Assembly (NCBI GenBank): GCA_049698775.1 | Contig: JBAVYM010000009.1 | Location: 5,020-69,019 of the forward strand | Length of the DNA: 64,000 nt | From: Gammaproteobacteria bacterium | GTDB lineage: Bacteria > Pseudomonadota > Gammaproteobacteria > Natronospirales > REEB76 | Reading direction: 5' to 3' | Part shown: positions 32,994 to 43,013 of the stretch, one piece after another | Position numbering within the stretch: position 1 is the first letter of the stretch | Layout: every line of letters starts with the position of its first letter | The notes under the pieces: model-generated | Database searches by the model: none | Told to the model about the DNA's origin: nothing | Seen by the model: only the letters and a program-made list of their open reading frames with translations | Made by a program: the position numbers and the translations under genes

Positions 32994-33710
32994 ATGCTCA
33001 AGATGAACCACCTGTCCAAAATCTACCGCACCGAAGTAGTGGAAACCTATGCCTTGCGGGATTTCAGCATTGATGTGAAAGAAGGCGAGTTCGTCGCGGT
33101 CATGGGGCCTTCGGGTTCCGGCAAGACCACCTTTCTGACCATCGCCGGGCTGCTGGAAAGTTTCACTGGTGGTGAGTATCACCTGGACGGCAAGGATGTC
33201 AGCAGACTCAGCGACAACGCACGCTCGAAGATCCGCAACGAGAAAATCGGTTTCATCTTCCAGAGCTTCAACCTGATCCCTGACCTCAACGTGGCCGACA
33301 ACGTGGACGTGCCATTGCGCTATCGCGGCTTCAAGGCTGCGGAACGGGGTCGCCGGATTCGCGAAGCGCTAGAAGTGGTCGGCCTTGCTTCGCGCATGAA
33401 GCACTACCCGGCCGAGCTTTCCGGCGGCCAGCAGCAGCGCGTCGCCATCGCCCGCGCACTGGCGGGTGAACCGCGCATCCTGCTGGCGGACGAACCCACC
33501 GGCAACCTGGATTCGCTGATGGCACGGCAGGTACTGGACCTGATTGAGCACATCAACGAGAGCGGCACCACTGTCGTCATGGTTACGCACGATCCGGAGC
33601 TGGCGCACCGCGCGCACCGCAGCGTGCACGTACTCGACGGTCAAGTCACGGACATGCAAGCCGATACCGCCTACGAACTTCCTCAGGCTGAGACCACGGT
33701 CCGCGCGTGA
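32994..33710 (+). CDS. ABC transporter ATP-binding protein (MacB/LolD-type)
   Basis: Walker A GPSGSGKTT, signature LSGGQQQRVAIARAL, Walker B ILLADEPTGNLD, H-loop VTHD. Confidence 0.9.
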   Translation: MLKMNHLSKIYRTEVVETYALRDFSIDVKEGEFVAVMGPSGSGKTTFLTIAGLLESFTGGEYHLDGKDVSRLSDNARSKIRNEKIGFIFQSFNLIPDLNVADNVDVPLRYRGFKAAERGRRIREALEVVGLASRMKHYPAELSGGQQQRVAIARALAGEPRILLADEPTGNLDSLMARQVLDLIEHINESGTTVVMVTHDPELAHRAHRSVHVLDGQVTDMQADTAYELPQAETTVRA

Positions 33711-33722
33711 CTCGATAACACA

Positions 33723-35039
33723 ATGTTCACCTACTACCTCGATCTGGCCCTGCGCAGCCTCAAGCGTACGCCGATCCTGACCGGCCTGATGGTGCTGGCG
33801 ATTGGACTCGGCATCGGCGCCAGCATGACCATGATCACCGTGTTGCACGTGATGACGGACGATCCGCTGCCGGGACGCAGCGCGCATCTGTTTTATCCCT
33901 ACCTCGACCCGTTGCCGCTGAAATTCTCCACCGTGCCGATCGCTGCCGACCCGAGGAACAGCCTGACCTGGCCGGATGCGATGGCGCTGCTGCGCGCACA
34001 TCGCGGCGTGCGGCAGGCGGCGATGTCGGGCGGCACCTTGCTGGACTGGCCGCAACGCACCGACCTGCAACCGTTCTACGTCGATGGCCGCTACACCACG
34101 CCGGATTTCTTCGCGATGTTCAGAGTGCCGTTCGTCGCAGGCATCGGCTGGACGGATGCCGAGGAAAGCGCGCAGGCGAATGTTGTCGTGCTGGCCCAAT
34201 CCCTGGCGCAAAAACTGTTCGGCACCGCGGATGCCGTGGGCCGCAGCGTACGGTTGGGCGACCACGACTATCGCGTGGTGGGCGTCATCAAGGACTGGAT
34301 GCCCACGCCGATGTTCTACGCCGCGGCCGACGATTCCTTACAATATTCCGACGCCGACAAGTTCTTCTTGCCGCTGTCGGTGGCGGTGCAACGCAAATTG
34401 TGGAGAAATGGCAATGTGTCGGGCTGGAGCGAGGATGGCGCACCCGACAATTTTCGTGACCCGAACACGAGCTGGCTGCAATTCTGGGTGCAACTTGATA
34501 CCCCCGCGCAGGTCGCGGCCTATCGGCAATTCCTGGTCAACTATTCCGCGCAACAGAAGGCGCTCGGCCGTTTCCAGCGGCCGCCCACGAACGCGCGCTT
34601 GTTCAACCTGATGGGTTGGCTCAGTTATCAGAACCTGGTGCCCGACGACGTGTGGCTGCAACTGTGGCTGGCGCTGGGGTTCATGTTCGTGTGCATGGTG
34701 AACATCGTGGCACTGTTGCTGGCAAAGTTCCTGCGCCGCAGCGGCGAGATCAGCATGCGCCGCGCCCTCGGCGCACGTAAACGCGACATCTTCCTGCAGT
34801 TCGGGATCGAATCAGCGCTGATCGGCATGGTCGGCGGCGTTTTGGGCTTCGCGATCGCGCAGATCGGTTTGTGGAGCATTCGGCAACGTCCCGATGACTA
34901 TGCGCATCTGGCCACGATGGATCCGGCGATGCTGTTCGGGACACTGGCGTTGGCCATCGTCGCCAGCGTGCTGGCCGGACTGTTGCCGGCATGGCGTGCG
35001 TGCCGGGTGCCCCCGGCGTTGCAACTGAAATCACTGTGA
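33723..35039 (+). CDS. ABC transporter permease, FtsX/MacB-type with large periplasmic domain
   Basis: LALRSLKRTPILTGLMVLAIGLGIG... C-terminal FtsX motif MRRALGARKRDIFLQFGIESALIGMVGGVLG. Confidence 0.85.
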   Translation: MFTYYLDLALRSLKRTPILTGLMVLAIGLGIGASMTMITVLHVMTDDPLPGRSAHLFYPYLDPLPLKFSTVPIAADPRNSLTWPDAMALLRAHRGVRQAAMSGGTLLDWPQRTDLQPFYVDGRYTTPDFFAMFRVPFVAGIGWTDAEESAQANVVVLAQSLAQKLFGTADAVGRSVRLGDHDYRVVGVIKDWMPTPMFYAAADDSLQYSDADKFFLPLSVAVQRKLWRNGNVSGWSEDGAPDNFRDPNTSWLQFWVQLDTPAQVAAYRQFLVNYSAQQKALGRFQRPPTNARLFNLMGWLSYQNLVPDDVWLQLWLALGFMFVCMVNIVALLLAKFLRRSGEISMRRALGARKRDIFLQFGIESALIGMVGGVLGFAIAQIGLWSIRQRPDDYAHLATMDPAMLFGTLALAIVASVLAGLLPAWRACRVPPALQLKSL

Positions 35040-35050
35040 GGGAAACGACG

Positions 35051-36283
35051 ATGGAAATCCGGCCGATCCTTTCCACGCTGCGCCGCCACCGTCTTACCGC
35101 CGCATTACTTATATTGCAGGTCGCCTTCACCTGCGCGATCGTGTGCAACGTCACGTTCATGATTGTTCAGCGCGTGCAGCGGATTTCGCTGCCCACCGGC
35201 ATCGCCGAAAAGGAATTGTCGGTGATTCACGCGGCCGGTATCGGCAAGAACGAGAATCCGCAGGTGCGTCACGCGGAGGATGTGGCCGCGTTGCGCGCGA
35301 TTCCGGGTGTCGAATCGGTGGTCGCGGTGAGCTTTCCGCTGCCGCTGGACAACAGCATGGACATGTACGGTGTGTGCCCCGATCTGGCGGCCATGCAGCG
35401 CGTGATGCAAACCATGTCAACCAAGGACACGGGCTGCCTGGAGTCCAGCGTGTACGACAGCTCGCCCGGATTGCTGCAAACGCTCGGGCTCGACCTGGTC
35501 GCCGGTCGCGATTTCCAGCCCGACGAGTACGTGACGGATCAAAAGAACGTCGCGGTCGTGATCATCAGCAGCGCGTCGGCGCAACAGTTGTATCCCGACC
35601 AGAACGCGTTGGGCAAGGAGATGTACATGGGCCCGAAGCACGTCGTGCGCGTCGTCGGCATCGTGAAAACATTGTTGAGTCCAGTTCTGCTGGGCAAAGG
35701 CACCGACTACGACACGATAATCTGGCCGCGACTGCCGCACGCCATGGACTACGTGCTGCGCAGTGCGCCGCAGGATCGCGCGCGAGTGCTGAGGGCTGCG
35801 TCCGTGACGTTGCTGAAACTCGACCCGAGCCGCCTCATCAATCGCGACCGCACAGAGACTTACGCGCACATTCGCGCGCGGTATTTCCAGCGCGACCGCA
35901 CCATGATCGGCCTGCTGATCGCCTCGGCGCTCGGACTGCTGTTCGTCTCCGCGCTGGGCATCACCGGACTGGCGAACTTCTGGGTGCAGCAGCGCACGCA
36001 CAGCATCGGCATCCGCCGCGCGTTGGGCGCAACCCGCGGCGACATCCTGCGTTACTTCCAGACCGAGAACTTCCTGATCGTCAGCGGCGGTATCGTGCTT
36101 GGCATCATATTGGCGGTGGCATTGAACCTGACCCTGATGCAGCACTACGAACTGCCGCGCTTGCCATTGTGGTATTTACCGGTCGGCGCGCTGGTGCTGT
36201 GGCTGCTGGGGCAACTTGCGGTGCTGGCGCCTGCGCTGCACGCTTCGCACGTGCCTCCGGCCACTGCCACACGCTCCGCATAA
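35051..36283 (+). CDS. Second FtsX/MacB-type ABC permease
   Basis: MEIRPILSTLRRHRLTAALLILQVAFTCAIV... IRRALGATRGDILRYFQTENFLIVSGGIVLG. Internal ATG 35051 is preferred. Confidence 0.85.
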   Translation: MEIRPILSTLRRHRLTAALLILQVAFTCAIVCNVTFMIVQRVQRISLPTGIAEKELSVIHAAGIGKNENPQVRHAEDVAALRAIPGVESVVAVSFPLPLDNSMDMYGVCPDLAAMQRVMQTMSTKDTGCLESSVYDSSPGLLQTLGLDLVAGRDFQPDEYVTDQKNVAVVIISSASAQQLYPDQNALGKEMYMGPKHVVRVVGIVKTLLSPVLLGKGTDYDTIIWPRLPHAMDYVLRSAPQDRARVLRAASVTLLKLDPSRLINRDRTETYAHIRARYFQRDRTMIGLLIASALGLLFVSALGITGLANFWVQQRTHSIGIRRALGATRGDILRYFQTENFLIVSGGIVLGIILAVALNLTLMQHYELPRLPLWYLPVGALVLWLLGQLAVLAPALHASHVPPATATRSA

Positions 36284-36371
36284 GGCTGTTTATGCCGCAG
36301 GAAAACCCTTAGACTTCAGTCAGCCTGACCGGCACCGGTCACACACTTCCGGTTGCGAATTCGGGGTTTGC

Positions 36372-37709
36372 ATGGCGACCATCCTGATTATTGACGACAA
36401 CCGCGCCATCGGCCAGGCATTGACGGTATTGCTCGACTTGCACGGTCTCGGCACCTTGAGCGCGGTTTCGCCCGCGGAAGGACTCACGATGCTGGAACGC
36501 GAAGCCGTGGACCTCGTGATCCAGGACATGAACTTCACCGGCAGCGACACCTCCGGCCGTGAAGGCGCTGCCTTGTTTGCCGAGATTCGCCGCCGCGACC
36601 CGGACCTGCCCATCATCCTGCTGACTGCCTGGACCCATCTCGAACATGCCGTGGAACTGGTCAAGGCCGGCGCAGCGGACTATCTCGCCAAACCCTGGGA
36701 CGACGACAAGCTCATCACCACGCTGAAAAACCTGCTGCAACTGGGTGGCTTGCAACGTGAGCATCGCCGCACACACGCAGCGCGACAGGTAGCACGTCGC
36801 AAGCTGGCGGAAAGTTTCGATCTGTGCGGCATTGTTTATGAAAGCGATGCCATGCAGCAGGTGGTCAGTATCGCCACCCAGGTTGCGCATGCGGATGTGC
36901 CGGTAATCTTGACCGGCGCCAGTGGCGTGGGCAAGGAGAAGATCGCCGACATCCTCCAGATAAACTCTGCGTGCAAAAACGGGCCTTACATAAAAGTGAA
37001 CATGGGCGCATTGCCGGCCGAACTGATGGAGAGCGAATTGTTCGGCAACGAGGTCGGTGCATTCACCGGCGCGCAGAGAGCGCGCGCCGGACGTTTCGAG
37101 GCGGCTGACAACGGCACCCTGTTCCTTGACGAGATTGGTACGCTGCCCCCGGCCGGGCAGATCAAACTGCTGCGGGTTCTTCAGACCGGCGAATTCGAAC
37201 GGCTCGGTAGCAACCAGACCCGACACACGCGGGTACGCATCATCACCGCCACCAACAGCGATCTGCGCGCGGCCATCGCCGCCGGAAGTTTTCGCGAAGA
37301 TCTGTATTACCGTCTGAACGTGATCGAGATCCATGTGCCGCCTCTGGCTGAACGACGTGAAGACATCCTGCCGCTGGCACGCGCATTTCTCGGCAGCACT
37401 CACCAATTGAGCCGGGAAGCCGAACAGGCGCTCGCTGAGCACGACTGGCCGGGCAATGTGCGCGAATTGCAGAACTGCATGAGGCGTGCCGTGTTGTTGA
37501 GTGACAGCACGCAAATTACACCGCAGGCGCTGGGGCTGGTGGATGACGCCGTGACTGGCGCCAAATCCGCAAAAGAGCCCTCGCGCGCAGATATCGAAAC
37601 CGCGTTGACGCGTCATGCCGGCGTGATCGCATCGGCGGCGCAGGAACTCGGCTTGAGCCGCCAGGCACTGTATCGCCGCATGGAAAAGTTCGGCATCGGC
37701 AAGACGTGA
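36372..37709 (+). CDS. Sigma-54-dependent response regulator (NtrC family: REC + AAA+ + Fis HTH)
   Basis: [14 protein letters not shown]...DLVIQDMNF (REC). GASGVGKE Walker A, GAFTGA sigma-54 contact loop, [10 protein letters not shown]-terminal [21 protein letters not shown]. Confidence 0.9.
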   Translation: MATILIIDDNRAIGQALTVLLDLHGLGTLSAVSPAEGLTMLEREAVDLVIQDMNFTGSDTSGREGAALFAEIRRRDPDLPIILLTAWTHLEHAVELVKAGAADYLAKPWDDDKLITTLKNLLQLGGLQREHRRTHAARQVARRKLAESFDLCGIVYESDAMQQVVSIATQVAHADVPVILTGASGVGKEKIADILQINSACKNGPYIKVNMGALPAELMESELFGNEVGAFTGAQRARAGRFEAADNGTLFLDEIGTLPPAGQIKLLRVLQTGEFERLGSNQTRHTRVRIITATNSDLRAAIAAGSFREDLYYRLNVIEIHVPPLAERREDILPLARAFLGSTHQLSREAEQALAEHDWPGNVRELQNCMRRAVLLSDSTQITPQALGLVDDAVTGAKSAKEPSRADIETALTRHAGVIASAAQELGLSRQALYRRMEKFGIGKT

Positions 37710-39022
37710 AACTGCACCAATCCCTTGAAGGCAAGTTCGCATTGCTCACCGGCGTGCTGGTATTGGCAGCGATCCTGATCGCCGCATTCCTGTTCCGATT
37801 ATTTGACTCGTTTGCCACCAGTTTGGTCATCTCGCTGCTTGTGATGCTGCCCATCCTCATTTACGCGGTACGCCGCTTCATGCAGCCGATATACCGCATG
37901 CTCACGGCACTCGGTAACGGCGTGTCCAGTTTCAAGGACGGCGATTTCAGCCTCAGCCTGAACGCGACGCGCGAAGATGAACTCGGCGAACTGGCACACC
38001 AATACAATCAGATGGGGGAGATACTGCGCCAGGAGCGCTATAACCTTTATCAGCGTGAATTGCTGCTTGATACCGTGATCCAGAACACACCTTGGGCGCT
38101 GCTGCTCACCAACGCCGGCGAGCGGGTGATTTACAGCAACATCGCCGCACGCCAGTTGTTCAATGCCGGGCGTAAGCTGGAAGGCCATAGCCTTGCAAAG
38201 CTGTTGGAACAAGCCCCAAAGGCGATGCAAGAAGCGGTTACGGGTGATAACGACGGCATGTTCAGTGTGCGCAACAAGGAAGAGGAAGAAATCTATTACC
38301 TCAGCCGCGAACGCTTCACCTTGAATGCACAGCCACACCATTTGTACATCTTCAAACAGCTCACCCGGGAACTGAACCGTCAGGAAGTGGCTGTATGGAA
38401 AAAGGTAATCCGCGTCATCAGCCATGAACTCAATAATTCGCTGGCACCGATCTCGTCGCTGGCGCATTCCGGGCAGCTCCTGGCAGGACAGCCGGATTCC
38501 GTGAAGCTCAGGAACGTGTTCGGAAACATTGAGGAACGCACCACCCACCTCAAGAAATTCATAGACGGGTATGCGCGCTTTGCCAAACTGCCGTCGCCGC
38601 AGATCGCGCTGGTGGACTGGACGCCGTTTATCGCCTCGCTGCATGCGCTCATACCCTTCACGCTGCGCGGAGGCCTGCCCGGGCAGCCCGCACATTTCGA
38701 TCCGGCGCAACTCCAGCAGGCGCTCATCAATCTGCTCAAGAATGCCCACGAATCCGGCTCGCCGCCGGCAGCGGTCACGCTCGGCGTGCGCCAAAACGCG
38801 GAAGGTGTGCGGCTCGACATCAGCGATGCGGGGCCGGGTATGGCACCCGAGGTGCTCGAACAATCGCTGCTGCCATTCTATTCGACCAAGCAGTCCGGCT
38901 CGGGCTTGGGATTGCCCTTGTGCCGCGAGATCGTGGAAGCGCACGGTGGGCGTATTAGCGTTGCCAATCGCGCGCAAGGCGGATTGACCGTAAGCATCTG
39001 GTTGCCGGCGCCTGCACCGTAA
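37706..39022 (+). CDS. Sensor histidine kinase (TM-HAMP-PAS-HisKA-HATPase)
   Basis: GTG start overlaps the RR stop (GTGA). H-box ISHELNNSLAPI, N/G boxes LLKNAHES, DAGPGM, GSGLGLPLCREIVEAHGG. Confidence 0.9.
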   Translation: MKLHQSLEGKFALLTGVLVLAAILIAAFLFRLFDSFATSLVISLLVMLPILIYAVRRFMQPIYRMLTALGNGVSSFKDGDFSLSLNATREDELGELAHQYNQMGEILRQERYNLYQRELLLDTVIQNTPWALLLTNAGERVIYSNIAARQLFNAGRKLEGHSLAKLLEQAPKAMQEAVTGDNDGMFSVRNKEEEEIYYLSRERFTLNAQPHHLYIFKQLTRELNRQEVAVWKKVIRVISHELNNSLAPISSLAHSGQLLAGQPDSVKLRNVFGNIEERTTHLKKFIDGYARFAKLPSPQIALVDWTPFIASLHALIPFTLRGGLPGQPAHFDPAQLQQALINLLKNAHESGSPPAAVTLGVRQNAEGVRLDISDAGPGMAPEVLEQSLLPFYSTKQSGSGLGLPLCREIVEAHGGRISVANRAQGGLTVSIWLPAPAP

Positions 39023-39173
39023 TCGCGCTTGGACAAACTGGAACGCACGGCAGTCCGGAATACCGTCAGCAAGCCATCGCATGGCTCTCTTACTGCTACC
39101 TCACCCGCCTGTAGGAAAAGTGGGGCGAGAGGAAACGATGCATCATCTCACCCGACGCACTTGAGGTTTTAAT

Positions 39174-39677
39174 ATGCACGTCAGCTATAAGACAACATTT
39201 GCCGCCGTACTTTATGGTGGCTTTATTGCAGGCACCATTGATATCGGGGCCGCGTCGCTCATCAACTGGCTCAGTCCCGTGGTCATCCTGCATGCGATCA
39301 CCAGCGGCCTGCTGGGTGCAGACTCGTTCCGTGCGGGTGCATCCGCCGCGCTGCTGGGATTGCTTCTGCAATGGGCCATGTCGCTGGTAATCGCGGCGAT
39401 CTTCGTGTTCGCGGCGCACGCGCTACCCTGGTTGAAACGCCATTGGATGCCAGCCGGATTGATGTACGGCGTGGTGATTTTCTTTGTCATGAACTACATG
39501 GTGGTGCCGTTGTCCGCCGCGTCGTTCAAAGCGCATCACTTTGGAGCCACGAAATTCGTAGAGAATCTGCTGGCCATGCTGCTGTTTGGCCTGATTGTGG
39601 CATTCTGTGCATGCCGGCTTCTTTCTGGAAATAAAACTGCGAAACCTGCTTATACCGCTGCCAGCGAAGACGACTGA
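39174..39677 (+). CDS. Hypothetical multi-pass membrane protein (167 aa)
   Basis: 4-5 hydrophobic segments (FAAVLYGGFIAGTIDIG..., LLGLLLQWAMSLVIAAIFVFAA..., YGVVIFFVMNYMVVPL..., LLAMLLFGLIVAF). No family recognised. Confidence 0.6.
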   Translation: MHVSYKTTFAAVLYGGFIAGTIDIGAASLINWLSPVVILHAITSGLLGADSFRAGASAALLGLLLQWAMSLVIAAIFVFAAHALPWLKRHWMPAGLMYGVVIFFVMNYMVVPLSAASFKAHHFGATKFVENLLAMLLFGLIVAFCACRLLSGNKTAKPAYTAASEDD

Positions 39678-39684
39678 ATCCGCG

Positions 39685-40569
39685 TCAGGTGCTCAACTCC
39701 GACAGCAATCGCACCATCAATTGCTGCGCCTGATCGAGATAATTCACGCCGAAAAAATTGAGGTGATTCAGCACGTGATAGAGGTTGTAGAGATCGCGGC
39801 GCGTTTGGTACCCAGCGTCCAGCGGCCACACGCCGTTGTAGGCAGCGTAAAATTCCGGCGCGAAGCCGCCGAACAATTCGGTCATGGCAATATCCGCCTC
39901 GCGGTCGCCGTAATATATCGCTGGATCGAATATCACCGGTTCGCTATTGTCCAGCGCGCCCCAGTCGCCGCCCCATAGATCACCGTGCAGCAGTGAAACT
40001 TGCGGTATGTAACCTGCAAAAAGTGCCGGCAGCGTTTCCATGAGCCGCGCGCCTTGTTCCTGCAATTCGCCGCGATAACCGTTTTCAGCCGCCAGACGCA
40101 GTTGAAAACCAAGGCGGTGATCGCGGAAGAACTTTACCCAATCATCCGTTGGCCAGTTGAACTGTGGCGTGGCGCCGATAAAATTGTTGCGCCGCCATCC
40201 GAAACGCTCGCCAAGGCAGCGGTGCTGCCGGGCGAGTTGTTCACCCAGTTTCGCGGCGGCGGGTGCGTTCTTGGTACTGAACGCCAGCCACTCCATGAGC
40301 AGATAGGCTTCGCCGTCGCACGCTTCCGCCGCCAGTACCTGCGGCACGCGTACCGCGCCACATTGTGTTAGCGCCCGCAGCCCGTCGGCTTCGGCGATCA
40401 GCATCTGCGGATCGTCTGCCGTAGTCTTCACGCACCAGCCCATATCGGCGGATTGCACCTGCCACAGCGCGCCGCCCACCCCGCGACCCCTCGCCTTCCA
40501 GCGGAACGGCCCGGGATGCTCGGCACCTAAAAGACGCTCAACAATCGCGTGGGTTCCTGCGTCGGACAT
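39685..40569 (-). CDS. Fructosamine/ketosamine-3-kinase family protein
   Basis: Internal ATG 40569. ...EADGLRAL...AYLLMEWL...SLLHGDLWGGDWG...VIFDPAIYYGDREADIAMTELFGGF... Confidence 0.85.
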   Translation of the reverse strand: MSDAGTHAIVERLLGAEHPGPFRWKARGRGVGGALWQVQSADMGWCVKTTADDPQMLIAEADGLRALTQCGAVRVPQVLAAEACDGEAYLLMEWLAFSTKNAPAAAKLGEQLARQHRCLGERFGWRRNNFIGATPQFNWPTDDWVKFFRDHRLGFQLRLAAENGYRGELQEQGARLMETLPALFAGYIPQVSLLHGDLWGGDWGALDNSEPVIFDPAIYYGDREADIAMTELFGGFAPEFYAAYNGVWPLDAGYQTRRDLYNLYHVLNHLNFFGVNYLDQAQQLMVRLLSELST

Positions 40570-40634
40570 AAACGGAAGCTTAAACGAAAACGGGCGCAGT
40601 GCGCCCGGTTCATCGTCGGTTCGCCAGTAAGGGT

Positions 40635-41249
40635 TCAGGCAAGCAACTGTTTCACTCTGAGATGCAACGGACTCGAACGCGGGAAATGCGCCAGCAGGAA
40701 TTCCATCTGGTCGGCGAGGATGCGCCGGCCTTTGAGGAAAATGTACTCGGCGTAATTGGGGGTGAACGGCACCGCCAGCAACTGCATGCCGGATCCCTCC
40801 GGCGTGCGACCGGCCTTGTGGTTGTTGCAGCGCTTGCAAGCCGTAACCACGTTGTTCCAGGTATCGGTGCCGCCGCGGCTCAGGGGCGTCACGTGTTCGC
40901 GCGACAGATCGTGCGCGGAAAACCGCTGGCCGCAGTACATGCACAGATTGGCGTCACGCCTGAACAGTGTGTGGTTGTTGAGCGGCGGCACGTAATGTTC
41001 GCGCGCCTTGGCGAGCGCGTGGTTGTTGCCGTAAGTCGCAATGATGGAATTGACTTCGACCACGCTCTGCCGGCCGGTTTTAGCGCTGATGCCGCCGTGC
41101 AGACAATACAGCAGCGTGCCGCAGCCATAGGCTACCTGTTCGAGGTAATACAGCCTGACGGCATCCTCATAGCCGATCCACTCGAGCGGCATACCCGCCG
41201 CATCGGTGCGCAACACTTCTTGGGATAGATCGTACACGGACAGTTCCAC
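40635..41249 (-). CDS. HNH endonuclease-domain protein
   Basis: CMYCGQRFSAHDLSREHVTPLSRGGTDTWNNVVTACKRCNNHKAGRTPE (HNH with CxxC...CxxC). Confidence 0.8.
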   Translation of the reverse strand: MELSVYDLSQEVLRTDAAGMPLEWIGYEDAVRLYYLEQVAYGCGTLLYCLHGGISAKTGRQSVVEVNSIIATYGNNHALAKAREHYVPPLNNHTLFRRDANLCMYCGQRFSAHDLSREHVTPLSRGGTDTWNNVVTACKRCNNHKAGRTPEGSGMQLLAVPFTPNYAEYIFLKGRRILADQMEFLLAHFPRSSPLHLRVKQLLA

Positions 41250-41431
41250 AGCGCCACTAAGCGGCGGATGTTATTACAGAAATCACCTTAAAATGCAACG
41301 ATAAGTCGTTCCGGGAACATATCTTACTCCGGTCGCAGTGGCAAAAACCGGGGTCCGCGCCTACACTTCACGCAGTCAACGGGTATCCACGGACCGCGCC
41401 GGACGCCGCGCGGCGGCTTAACGAGAACAAC

Positions 41432-42556
41432 ATGGCCATCCAGCTATTCATTCCCAAAGAACAGGCTGCCGGCGAACGCCGGGTGGCGCTTTGCCCGCCG
41501 GTGGCCGTCAAACTCAAGTTGCTGGGCGTGGAGCTGCTGTTGGAATCCGGTGCGGGTTTGGCGGCCGGTTTTCCCGATAGCCTGTTTCCAGACGCACGTT
41601 TGGTGAGCGCCGCTGACGGCGCGGCGGCGGCCGACGTGGTGTTCAAATTCTTGGCGCCGCTGCCGGCGAACATCGCGCACATGCAAGCAGGTTCCGTGCT
41701 GATCGGCCTGCTCAATCCGCACCGCAATCTCGACGCCGTAAAAGCGCTACGCGATCGCAAAGTCACCAGCTTCGCCATGGAACTGGTGCCGAGAATTTCC
41801 CGTGCCCAAGCGATGGATGCGCTCTCCTCGCAGGCCGCCGCGGCCGGTTACAAGGCCGCGCTCATCGCCGCGGAAAAACTCGGCCGCTTCTTCCCCATGC
41901 TCACCACCGCCGCTGGCACGATGCGGCCGGCAAAAGTGCTGGTGATCGGCGCGGGCGTGGCCGGTTTGCAGGCGATTGCCACCGCGCGGCGGCTGGGCGC
42001 GATGGTCGAGGGTTACGACGTGCGCGCGGCGGCGCGTGAACAGGTGGAATCGCTGGGCGCGAAGTTCGTGGACACCGGCGTATCCGCGGAAGGCGTGGGC
42101 GGCTATGCACGCGAATTGACGGCTGAAGAAAAACAGAAACAGCAGGACGCACTGGCGAAGCACATCGCCCAGGCCGATGCGGTCATTACTGCCGCCGCGG
42201 TTCCGGGCCGGGCCGCACCACGCATCATTACTAGAGCGATGGTGGACGCCATGAAACCCGGCTCCGTCATCGTGGACCTGGCGGCCGAATCCGGCGGCAA
42301 TTGCGAATTGACCAAGCCCGGCGAAGACGTGCAGCACGGACACGTACTGGTGAGCGGTCCGCTGAACCTGCCGAGCCTGCTTGCAGAACACGCGAGCGAC
42401 ATGTACGCCCGCAACCTGCTGAATTTCTTTACGCCGCTGGTAAAGGACGAGAAGCTGACCATAGACTGGAACGACGAGGTCTATGCCAAAAGCGTATTGA
42501 CCCACGACGGCGTGATCAAACACGAGCCGACGAGGAAATTAATCGAGGGTAATTAG
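41432..42556 (+). CDS. pntAA: NAD(P) transhydrogenase subunit alpha, part 1 (dI)
   Basis: ERRVALCPPVAVKL..., Rossmann VLVIGAGVAGLQAIATARRLGA, ...GSVIVDLAAESGGNCE. Confidence 0.9.
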   Translation: MAIQLFIPKEQAAGERRVALCPPVAVKLKLLGVELLLESGAGLAAGFPDSLFPDARLVSAADGAAAADVVFKFLAPLPANIAHMQAGSVLIGLLNPHRNLDAVKALRDRKVTSFAMELVPRISRAQAMDALSSQAAAAGYKAALIAAEKLGRFFPMLTTAAGTMRPAKVLVIGAGVAGLQAIATARRLGAMVEGYDVRAAAREQVESLGAKFVDTGVSAEGVGGYARELTAEEKQKQQDALAKHIAQADAVITAAAVPGRAAPRIITRAMVDAMKPGSVIVDLAAESGGNCELTKPGEDVQHGHVLVSGPLNLPSLLAEHASDMYARNLLNFFTPLVKDEKLTIDWNDEVYAKSVLTHDGVIKHEPTRKLIEGN

Positions 42557-42707
42557 AAATGTTTTCGGCCTCTCAAACGCCGCAGATTTTGTCATCTGGC
42601 AAGGCGCGGACGGCCGAGAAACCGGAGTGTACACGGCAGTACATGAGGATTTCGAGGCCAGCCGCAACGCCGACAGAGGACAAAAGATCAAGTTTGAGAG
42701 GTCGAAA

Positions 42708-43013
42708 ATGATTAGCGGATTCCTAGCATTATATATTTTCATGCTCGCCGCCTTCACCGGTTACGAGGTGATTTCGCGCGTGCCGGTGATCCTGCACACG
42801 CCGCTCATGTCAGGCTCGAATTTCGTGCACGGCATCGTGCTGGTGGGCGCCATGGTGGCGCTCGGCAATGCGCACACCACCGCGGAACAGGTCATTGGTT
42901 TCATCGGCGTGCTGCTCGCGGCCGGCAACGTGGTCGGCGGTTACGTGTCCACCGAGCGCATGCTGGCCATGTTCAAGACCAGCGAGAAAAAGAAACCGGA
43001 AAGCCGCGCATGA
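42708..43013 (+). CDS. pntAB: NAD(P) transhydrogenase subunit alpha, part 2 (membrane dII-a)
   Basis: MISGFLALYIFMLAAFTGYEVISRVPVILHTPLMSGSNFVHGIVLVGAM... Internal ATG 42708 with gagagg RBS. Confidence 0.85.
   Translation: MISGFLALYIFMLAAFTGYEVISRVPVILHTPLMSGSNFVHGIVLVGAMVALGNAHTTAEQVIGFIGVLLAAGNVVGGYVSTERMLAMFKTSEKKKPESRA

Noticed and set aside
32761-33006. 81-aa ORF in the adaptor-ATPase spacer
   Set aside because: It is composed of REP-like repeat sequence, has no RBS, and overlaps the ATPase start.
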